A stretch of 64,000 bases of DNA, from the NCBI GenBank assembly GCA_965223845.1, contig CBDCXR010000004.1, positions 5,792,001 through 5,856,000 of the forward strand, read 5' to 3'. The notes under the pieces were generated by a model that made no database searches, was not told the DNA's origin, and saw only the letters and a list, made by a program, of their open reading frames with translations. A program made the translations under genes and the position numbers. Shown one piece after another: positions 1-7,397 of this stretch; positions within the stretch are counted from its first letter, which is position 1; each line of letters opens with the position of its first letter. The stretch is from Planctomycetota bacterium (lineage in GTDB: Bacteria; Planctomycetota; UBA8108; SXIK01).

Positions 1-890
1 CTCGCGGTGGCGCTGACGTACGCAGCCTTCATCGCGGCGGTCGGAAGGTCCATCCGGACAGCGAATCCCGATCGCAACCGCGAGCCGAGTGGACCCTCGA
101 ATCCCGTCAGCTCGAACGGAGAGCGGCGCGCCGAGATGAACGTCTGCGCCCCGCGCGCCTCGGCGTCGTTCAAGATATGGTAGAGACATCGCTGGCAGCC
201 GAGTTTCTCGGCGAGGTCATCCACGTCATCGACGATGAGAATGTGCGCCGCTCCGAAGGTATCGCGGAAGGAGTCGACCTGCCGGCGTTCTGCGCTCGCA
301 ATGTAGTGGTTCGCGAAGGCTTCGGCGGTGAGCGCGAGTACCGAGAGGGAAGATTGAGCGGAGATTCGGCTCTCCACGGCGCGGAGAAGTCGCGACTTTC
401 CCGTTCCGTGATCGCCGTGAAGGTAGAGGAGCCTCGCCGTGGAGCTTCTCTCGCGAGATCGAGCGGCGGAGTTGTCCGAGGCTCCATTCGCGATGTCGTC
501 CCACTCGTCGCAGGCGGAAACACAGGCCGCGTGGGCGTCACGATTCGCCTCACCGACTAGGATCGAGTCGAACTCGAAGCCGCTGAGCTCGCCGCGCGAA
601 CTCGAGCTCGCCGTCCCTTCGGTCGACTCGGCTGCGAACGCGCGCGCGACGCGCGGATGCACGCGAAACTCGAACCGCGGCTCCGTATCGAGAACGGTCT
701 TCCCCGAGCGGCGAAGATCGTCGAGGTAGTGTCGCTGAATCCACGTACCGTGAAACGTATTCGGGGTCGTCAGCACGAAGCGGTCCGGCTGTTCGAATAC
801 GCACGCGGTGTTCGCGAACCAATCGGCAAAATCGTTCGGACCGATCGAGCTCCGCAGCTGACGATAGAGTGTCTGGGGCGGGTCCTTCAT
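1..890 (-). CDS. dnaA: DnaA-family replication initiator (divergent), 3' end truncated by window edge
   Basis: Hand translation from ATG at 890 (absent from ORF track). Domain I-like FADWF...VLTTPNTFHGTWIQRHYL; FEFDSILVGEANRDAHAA; Walker A LYLHGDHGTGKSRLL; TAEAFANHY; Walker B ILIVDDVD; Arg-finger region LGSRLRSGFAVRMDLP. Frame stays open to position 1. Confidence 0.88.
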   Translation of the reverse strand, partial: MKDPPQTLYRQLRSSIGPNDFADWFANTACVFEQPDRFVLTTPNTFHGTWIQRHYLDDLRRSGKTVLDTEPRFEFRVHPRVARAFAAESTEGTASSSSRGELSGFEFDSILVGEANRDAHAACVSACDEWDDIANGASDNSAARSRERSSTARLLYLHGDHGTGKSRLLRAVESRISAQSSLSVLALTAEAFANHYIASAERRQVDSFRDTFGAAHILIVDDVDDLAEKLGCQRCLYHILNDAEARGAQTFISARRSPFELTGFEGPLGSRLRSGFAVRMDLPTAAMKAAYVSATA

Positions 891-1666
891 GATCGATCCT
901 CCCGATCCGACCGGCGAACGCGCGGCGCCTTGCCTAGACGCGGTTCGCGGAATCCGGGAGGGAAACGCTACGAATCAATGAGACGATGCGGACGCGCACG
1001 CGACACCAGCGCGCCGACGACTGGGACACCACTGGTGTTGGCCATCGCCGCGGCGGATCGTGTCTGCCGCAAGGAGACCCGAGTCGCGCTACCACCAAAA
1101 CCTGAACTCCACCTGTCGGTTGAGAGCTTCCGAACTTGCTTCGCAGCCGCGAGCTCTTTTCTGCGAAGTTTCCGCCGGACCCTCCGTCACGATCACCCAC
1201 TCTACGGGCAGAGAGAGACCTCGCACGACGCATCCGAAGAGTGGAAGCGAACGGAGAAACCCTCGGTACAAGGAGTGGAAAACCGCGACCGCGCCTCGAT
1301 CGGACTGCGAGCAGGATTCGAAAGATCGAGAGCCACAACTCACCGTTCGCGTTCGAGTTTGCGGTAGAGTAGCGCTCGATTCGAAACGCCCGAGCGGGCG
1401 AGTCACCGAAGTCGGCGGGGATCGTAGCATCCGGCTCGCAGGGAGGCAACACGACGCACTCGCATGTCGCGGAAGCCTTCGGTGACGTCGTCGTCGCATG
1501 GTTGACGCGCCGAGAGAGCGTCGGAAACTGGCCAAACGTTCGAGCGGGACGATAGGATTCGAGAGTCGGTGGATCGGCGATGCGAAGAGCGCGTCTCGAT
1601 GTCCATCCGTCTTCGAGCCGAGTGATGATCTCAGCGCGGTAGAGTCGGACGAGGAAACCGGACGAC

Positions 1667-2164
1667 GTGAACGTCCAGAGCGGTGATTTTTCCTTCGACG
1701 AATTCGTGCCCGTCGAGGTGATGCGGCTCGTCGTCCGCGAGGACGAAGGCGAACAGAGCCTCGTCTTTCTTCGCGAAAGCCACGGAGAGACATTCTTTCC
1801 GCTCGCGATTGGATTCTGCGAAGCCGCCGCTCTCGAGCGGCTTCTCGCCGAAGAGCGAGGTTCGGCGCCGACCGTTCGGCCGCTGACCCACGAGCTGCTC
1901 GTCCGTGCGATAGAGGGCTTGCGAGCTCACGTCGAACGGGGCATAATCACGCGGCTCCAACAGGAGACCTTCTTCGCACAACTCGTGCTCCGACCACCGG
2001 ATGCGTCGATCTCGGACTCGCCGAACAAAGCGCCCGGGGAGCGTTTAGAGGTCTACCTCGACGCGAGGCCCAGCGATGTGATCTGCGCCTCGCTCGTCGC
2101 CCGCTGTCCGCTCTACGTCCACCGCGCGCTCCTCGAGCGAATTTCCGGGGGCGATGAGACTTGA
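1667..2164 (+). CDS. Bifunctional nuclease family (DUF151/BFN) protein
   Basis: Motifs FPLAIGFCEAAAL, RPLTHELL, TFFAQL, LDARPSD; GAGGA upstream of the GTG start. Confidence 0.9.
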   Translation: MNVQSGDFSFDEFVPVEVMRLVVREDEGEQSLVFLRESHGETFFPLAIGFCEAAALERLLAEERGSAPTVRPLTHELLVRAIEGLRAHVERGIITRLQQETFFAQLVLRPPDASISDSPNKAPGERLEVYLDARPSDVICASLVARCPLYVHRALLERISGGDET

Positions 2165-2235
2165 TCGACGGCGGTCGAGACCGACTCTGGTCGCCACGGA
2201 CCCGAGAGCAGCGAAGTCGATCATGGAACTACGGC

Positions 2236-2329
2236 GGAGAGGTGGCTGAGCGGTCGAAAGCGGCGGATTGCTAATCCGTTGTACTGGTCAAGACCGGTAC
2301 CCCGGGTTCGAATCCCGGCCTCTCCGCCA
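2236..2329 (+). tRNA. tRNA-Ser(GCT)
   Basis: GGAGAGG...CCTCTCC acceptor stem followed by G-CCA; anticodon loop TTGCTAA; long variable arm; T-loop GTTCGAATC. Confidence 0.97.
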
Positions 2330-2446
2330 GCTTTTCTCGGCGGTCTCACGTCGAGAAATGCTGAGTGGCAGTGCTCGATTCGACGGGCTCGCTCGGTCCG
2401 CGTGGGGGCACGCGCATCCCACGGGGGGACCTCCTGCGGGCCGGTT

Positions 2447-2956
2447 TCAAGCGGAACGAGGGTTGTCCGGGGCGGCGGGAGCGGGCATGCGAACACCGAT
2501 GACCGTTCCTTCGTAGACGAGCCGCCCGTCGACAACACCCTGGGTCTCGAACTTCGACCCCCGCGCGGTCAAGACGAGTGGTCGAGCGGCGAGGAGGAGA
2601 TCGTCGCCCGGGCCGACCGCGCCGCGAAAGCGGACAGACTCGAGCCCGCCGAAGCCGAAGAAGCCGTCCGAGAAGCCCGCCTTCCCGGAGAAGAAGGAAC
2701 ACAGTTGCGCGGCGGCTTCGACGATGAGCACACCGGGAAAGAGCGGTTGGCCGGGTATGTGTCCGCGGCGCCAGAACTCATCGTCGCCGATTCGCCGCAG
2801 GCCGACGATCGTCTTCCCCTCGAGGTCGAGGTGGAGGATGCCGGTGAGTTGCTCGAATTCGAACCGCTGTGCGTTGTAACGGCGGATTTCGTCGATGGAG
2901 TAGACGAATCTGTCGGGGTCGAGTGACTCGAGATCGAAGAAGAGCTTTCGCGCCAT
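2447..2956 (-). CDS. fabZ: 3-hydroxyacyl-ACP dehydratase (FabZ type)
   Basis: GHIPGQPLFPGVLIVEAAAQ with catalytic His and Glu (Glu indicates FabZ rather than FabA); VRFRGAVGPGD. Confidence 0.88.
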   Translation of the reverse strand: MARKLFFDLESLDPDRFVYSIDEIRRYNAQRFEFEQLTGILHLDLEGKTIVGLRRIGDDEFWRRGHIPGQPLFPGVLIVEAAAQLCSFFSGKAGFSDGFFGFGGLESVRFRGAVGPGDDLLLAARPLVLTARGSKFETQGVVDGRLVYEGTVIGVRMPAPAAPDNPRSA

Positions 2957-3250
2957 CGCTGGACTCCGCCGGAACGAACACGAGCGGTCCCGACCGATCC
3001 GGCGGGCCGGAGCCGGGCGCCCGGGAGGAGGAATCCCGCACAGTTTCCTAGCCTCGGGCCAGGACTTCCAGCCGGATCGCCGCTCCTACCGCGGAGTTCA
3101 GTGCTGCGCCGGGGCCGCTCGGCACCTCGCGGACCGCCGCGAACCGCCGGGCGGAGTGGATCCCTCCGAGATCCGGGGGGTAGAATCGATAAGGCTCCGA
3201 CTCTCTCCAACGTTCCGCCGCACCCACCCCCTCTCCCGCCGAATCGAACT

Positions 3251-4570
3251 ATGCCGAAACTCGCACTCCAGATGCGGCCACCGTCCTCCGCCGCCGATGT
3301 CGCGACCGAAGTCTCGGAGCTCAGCTTGAGCGGATTCATCGACGCGCAGAACTACGCGAAGTTCGAGCGCGGCCTCGAGGACGCCTACGCGACCGGCGGT
3401 CGCTTTCTCGTTCTCGATTTTTCGGGCGTGCACTACATCAACAGCACCGGGATCAGCGCGCTCATCCGTTTCTTCGAGCTCTACCGCGAGCGCGAGGGAC
3501 TGCTCTGTCTCGCGAGCGTCGCGAAGTCGGTCGGGCTTTCGATGCATCTTCTCGGCGTGACGAGCTTGATCCCGTTCTTGAAGGATCTCGAGACGGCTCA
3601 CGCCCACATCCAGAATTTCATCGCGGCACCGGAAGGAACGGCACCCGTCGTTCCGAGCCCGCCTGAGAGCGCGGAAGCGCAAACCGGCGCCGAGGCCGAT
3701 CCGCCCGCGCGCCGCTTCGTACCGCTTCGCCAGCGGCGGATTCCGGGCCTTCAGCGCGCTCGCGTCGTCGTCATTACGCCGTCGAAGTCGCGCTTCACGC
3801 GCGTTCTTCGCCTGCGATTCAAAACTCTGAACGGCGATTACCATCTCTTCCACGACACGACGTCAGCTCTCGCCAAGTACCGGGAGATTTCCCCCGATCT
3901 CGTCGTCGTCGATCAGCGCTGCGACCCGCGCGGAGACTTTGTCAATCGCGTGAAGATCGAGGAGGAGAAGAGCCTCACTTCGATCATCAAGCTCTACACG
4001 AACTCCTCGGAGGTCGAGCGCGGACTCGACTTCAAGATTTGGGAGAATGACTACCTCGTCGAGCCCTTCGAGGTCCTCCAGCTCTTCAGCCTCACCGAAG
4101 CCGAGCTGGCCCGCCTCCCGAAGGATCGGCGCGTGCTCCTCCAGCAGATCCGATTCGAGTTCAAGACGCGCCCGGAGAACGTCGAGCGCGCGTACAAGCT
4201 GAGCGATCTCATCGTGCGCCAGGCGATCGTCGTCGACGAGGACGCGACCGCGATGTATGCGGCGGTGAAAGAGGGCATCGACAACGCGGTGACGCACGGC
4301 AACCGGTCGGACTCGGAGCTCTCGGTCGACGTCAATTTCCTCGTCGATCGAAACAAGCTCACCGTGATCATCGAGGATCGTGGTGAAGGCTTCGACTACG
4401 AGTACTACCTCTCGCAGATCAACACGGACGAGGCTTTCGAGAAGATCAAGCGGCGCATCGTCGAAGAGCGCGTGCGCGGCGGACTCGGAATCCTCCTCAT
4501 GTGCAAGTGCACCGATCGGATCGAGTACTCCGGCACGGGGAATGTGCTTCGGCTCGAGAAGAACATTTGA
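3251..4570 (+). CDS. STAS (anti-anti-sigma) - receiver-like - RsbW-type HATPase_c fusion protein
   Basis: STAS: LSGFIDA...VLDFSGVHYINSTGI. REC-like: PDLVVVD, NDYLVEPF. HATPase: EGIDNAVTHGN, IEDRGEGFD, GGLGILLM. Start placed at ATG 3251 inside ORF 3101..4570. Confidence 0.85.
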   Translation: MPKLALQMRPPSSAADVATEVSELSLSGFIDAQNYAKFERGLEDAYATGGRFLVLDFSGVHYINSTGISALIRFFELYREREGLLCLASVAKSVGLSMHLLGVTSLIPFLKDLETAHAHIQNFIAAPEGTAPVVPSPPESAEAQTGAEADPPARRFVPLRQRRIPGLQRARVVVITPSKSRFTRVLRLRFKTLNGDYHLFHDTTSALAKYREISPDLVVVDQRCDPRGDFVNRVKIEEEKSLTSIIKLYTNSSEVERGLDFKIWENDYLVEPFEVLQLFSLTEAELARLPKDRRVLLQQIRFEFKTRPENVERAYKLSDLIVRQAIVVDEDATAMYAAVKEGIDNAVTHGNRSDSELSVDVNFLVDRNKLTVIIEDRGEGFDYEYYLSQINTDEAFEKIKRRIVEERVRGGLGILLMCKCTDRIEYSGTGNVLRLEKNI

Positions 4571-4679
4571 TCCGGAGATCTCCGTCGCGGCGATCGCCGT
4601 TGCAATCGTCGCCTGTCGCCTCTACTCTTCTCCCCCGCGAACGAGCGGACGACGGAAAGAGAAGGACGGAGACGCTGAG

Positions 4680-5222
4680 ATGGACGACCGCGAACGACTG
4701 AAGGAGCTCCTCGACGCCTGCGTGCAGACCGGCGATCTCACGCTCAGCTCGGGACGGCGCACCGACTTTTACTTCGACGGACGTCTCGTCTCGCTCACGC
4801 CGGAAGGTTCGACGCTCATCGCCCGGCTCGTTCTGGATGAACTTCGCGAGCTCGGTGCGACGGCGGTGGGAGGCCTTACGTCCGGTGCAGATCCGATTAC
4901 TTCGAGTGTCGGGGTGATCGCGCACCAAGCCGGCGTGCCTCTCCAGCTCTTCTACGTGCGAAAGGAAGCAAAAGCGCACGGAACCCAGAAGCGCGTCGAG
5001 GGTCCGCCGCTTCGGCCGGACGCGGTCGCCGTGCTCGTCGACGACGTGCTGACGACCGGCGGTTCGCTCGTGCGCGCGCGCGATGCGCTGCGCGACGAGA
5101 CGAGGATCGATGCGCGCGCCGCGGTCGTCGTCATCGATCGTGAAGAGGGTGGATCGGATGCACTCGCAGACACTGGAATTACCGTGCGATCCTTGTTTCG
5201 GAAGGCCGATTTTCAGGCTTGA
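4680..5222 (+). CDS. pyrE: Orotate phosphoribosyltransferase
   Basis: LSSGRRTDFYFD, YVRKEAKAHGT, PRPP-binding VDDVLTTGGS, DREEGG; ATG at 4680. Confidence 0.95.
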   Translation: MDDRERLKELLDACVQTGDLTLSSGRRTDFYFDGRLVSLTPEGSTLIARLVLDELRELGATAVGGLTSGADPITSSVGVIAHQAGVPLQLFYVRKEAKAHGTQKRVEGPPLRPDAVAVLVDDVLTTGGSLVRARDALRDETRIDARAAVVVIDREEGGSDALADTGITVRSLFRKADFQA

Positions 5223-5247
5223 CGCGTTTTTGGGGCGCCCCGATAAT
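5219..5247 (+). promoter_or_regulatory. Sigma70-type promoter for tRNA-Gly
   Basis: TTGACG (5219-5224), 17-bp spacer, GATAAT (5242-5247), about 30 bp before the tRNA. Confidence 0.7.
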
Positions 5248-5278
5248 CGCCCCTCCCGCGGAGACGGCGGGAGCCACT

Positions 5279-5353
5279 GTGGGTGTAGCTCAGCGGTAGA
5301 GCATCGCGTTGCCAACGCGAATGTCGAGGGTTCAAATCCCTTCACCCACTCCA
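5279..5353 (+). tRNA. tRNA-Gly(GCC)
   Basis: GTGGGTG/CACCCAC acceptor stem, discriminator T, CCA; anticodon arm TCGCG-TTGCCAA-CGCGA; T-loop GTTCAAATC. Confidence 0.97.
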
Positions 5354-5360
5354 GAGTTCG

Positions 5361-5394
5361 AAGGAGAGGTCGCACCGGCGGTCTCTCCTTTTTT
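5361..5394 (+). terminator. Intrinsic terminator after tRNA-Gly
   Basis: AAGGAGAGG...TCTCTCCTT hairpin followed by a T run. Confidence 0.75.
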
Positions 5395-5541
5395 CGTGTT
5401 CGTCTCCCTTGCGGGCCGGCCGGTCGCACGTCTCCCCGCCGAGAAATGTTGCCAAGAATCAACCTCTGCGGAAGATGGAACATCCGTCTGCGCTTCGAAG
5501 AACGACCACTCGCTGTACGCGAATCACCTAGGAGGAGTTCG

Positions 5542-7260
5542 ATGTCGTCCCGTCGCCGCCCCAGCCGCGCCGCGCGGCTCTTCGCGATGTCGCTCGCCCT
5601 CCTCTCGGCGTTCGCATTCGGCCGAGACCGAGCCGATGCGGAACCGCAGCAAACGGGCGACGCCTCCTCGCGCCCGTCGCCGTCGCGGCTCACCGCGAAC
5701 GAAGATCCCGCTCCCGCGGACTCGCGGGCGGGCGAGCTCGTGATCCGTCTTCCGCGGAGGCCGGATTCGCTGAATCCCGTCACGATGAAACTCACGTACG
5801 CGCGGTGGATGTTCGAATACCTCTATTCGCCGCTCTACGCCTACGACAAGGTGGATGATCGGATCGTCCCCGAGCTCGCCGCCGCCCTCCCCGAGCAATC
5901 GAAAGACCGGCTCGTCTGGACCGTCCCGCTTCGTCGCGGCGCCAAGTTTCACGATGGCCGGCCGATCACTGCGCGCGACTTCGTCGCCACCTACGAGCTC
6001 CTTCAGAATCCGACGGTCGACTCGGAGCATCTCCGCACTCTCTTCTCGCGACTGCGCAAGGTCGAGGCGATCGATGAGTACACTCTTCGCTTCACCTTCA
6101 GCGAGCCGTGGGCATTCGCGATCACCTCGTTCGTAGATCTCGCTCCCGTTCCCGCCGGCGACATCGAGTCGCTCGCGAAACCGAGCGACTGGAACACCGT
6201 CGATCGAGCGGTCGGCTCGGGGCCGTATCGTCTCGAACGGTGGGAGAAAGGGGTTCAGATCGTATTCGTACGAAACGAGGAGTGGTTCGGGGACAAGCCC
6301 GGTCTCGAGCGAATCACGTGGAAGTACATCCACGAAGACCAGGCCGGCCTCACCGCGCTCCGCCGGGGCGAGCTCGACGCGACCTCCGTCCCGCCCGAGA
6401 TCTGGGAGCGAGAGATCAAGAACGACACGAAGATCCGCGCCAACTACCAGGTGCTCGAGTACTTTCGCCCGGTCTTTTTCTACGTCGGTTGGAACAATCG
6501 CCGTCCGCTCTTCTCCGACCGGAGAACACGGCGAGCGCTCACGATGCTGCTCGACATCCCGGCGATCAGCGAGGTCATGTTCTACGGCTCCTACGAGCAA
6601 GTGACGGGCCCCTTCTACTACCGCAGCGATCAGTACAATCACGAACTCGCGCCGCTCCCGCACGATCCGAGGCGGGCGGCTCGGCTCCTCCGCGAAGTGG
6701 GGTGGCGAGACACGGACGGCGACGGTGTTCTCGACAAAGACGGACAGCGCTTCGAGTTCGTGTTTCTGATCACGGCGGCGAATCCTCTCGTCGTCAAGCT
6801 GGGCACGGCGGTGAAGGAGTCGCTCAAGGTCGTCGGAATTCAAGTCGAGCTCCAGTCGATGGACGCCGGCGAGTACTTTCGCCAGGTACGCGAGCGGAAC
6901 TACGACTGCTGCGCGCTCGCGTGGTCGTGGTCGGGTGTCGACCACGACCCGTATCAGGTGTGGCACACGAGCGCGGGCGCCGTCGGCGGGCACAACCACT
7001 TCGGCTACTCGAACTCGGAGGCCGACCGACTCATGGAAAAGGCGCGTGGCGAGTTCGACGATGAGAAGAGAAACGCCCTCTATCGCGAGCTTCAGTCTGT
7101 GATCTACGCCGACCAGCCGTGTACCTTTCTCGTGACTCCTCGGCTTCGACTCCTCGTCGACAAGCGGTTTCGAAACGTCCGCGAGTACCGCGGTGGAATC
7201 GCTCCACGCATGGCCGACCGCTGGTGGGTGCCGAAGGGAAAGGAGACGCGCGGCCGGTGA
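5542..7260 (+). CDS. oppA: Oligopeptide/dipeptide ABC transporter substrate-binding protein (family 5)
   Basis: AGGAGG RBS before ATG 5542; signal-like N-terminus; IVPELA, KFHDGRPITARDF, GSGPYRLERW, GWNNRRPLFSDRRTRRAL, GWRDTDGDGVLDKDG. Confidence 0.92.
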   Translation: MSSRRRPSRAARLFAMSLALLSAFAFGRDRADAEPQQTGDASSRPSPSRLTANEDPAPADSRAGELVIRLPRRPDSLNPVTMKLTYARWMFEYLYSPLYAYDKVDDRIVPELAAALPEQSKDRLVWTVPLRRGAKFHDGRPITARDFVATYELLQNPTVDSEHLRTLFSRLRKVEAIDEYTLRFTFSEPWAFAITSFVDLAPVPAGDIESLAKPSDWNTVDRAVGSGPYRLERWEKGVQIVFVRNEEWFGDKPGLERITWKYIHEDQAGLTALRRGELDATSVPPEIWEREIKNDTKIRANYQVLEYFRPVFFYVGWNNRRPLFSDRRTRRALTMLLDIPAISEVMFYGSYEQVTGPFYYRSDQYNHELAPLPHDPRRAARLLREVGWRDTDGDGVLDKDGQRFEFVFLITAANPLVVKLGTAVKESLKVVGIQVELQSMDAGEYFRQVRERNYDCCALAWSWSGVDHDPYQVWHTSAGAVGGHNHFGYSNSEADRLMEKARGEFDDEKRNALYRELQSVIYADQPCTFLVTPRLRLLVDKRFRNVREYRGGIAPRMADRWWVPKGKETRGR

Positions 7261-7397
7261 CTTCGTCCGCCGCCGCGCGCCCGTCCGTGATCGCTCTCGG
7301 GTGACGGCCTGCTCGCCCGAGCTTCAACGAAGATCGAAGAGCTAGCTCGAGACGTCCCCTGAAGAAACTCGATCGGACACTCTCTCGGCTCACCGGC

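Noticed and set aside
891-1666. oriC next to dnaA
   Set aside because: No perfect TTATCCACA boxes and no AT-rich unwinding element seen; only one or two weak box-like words.
2236-5394. tRNA-anchored prophage or integrative element
   Set aside because: No integrase and no duplicated tRNA 3' end seen; the flanking genes are housekeeping.
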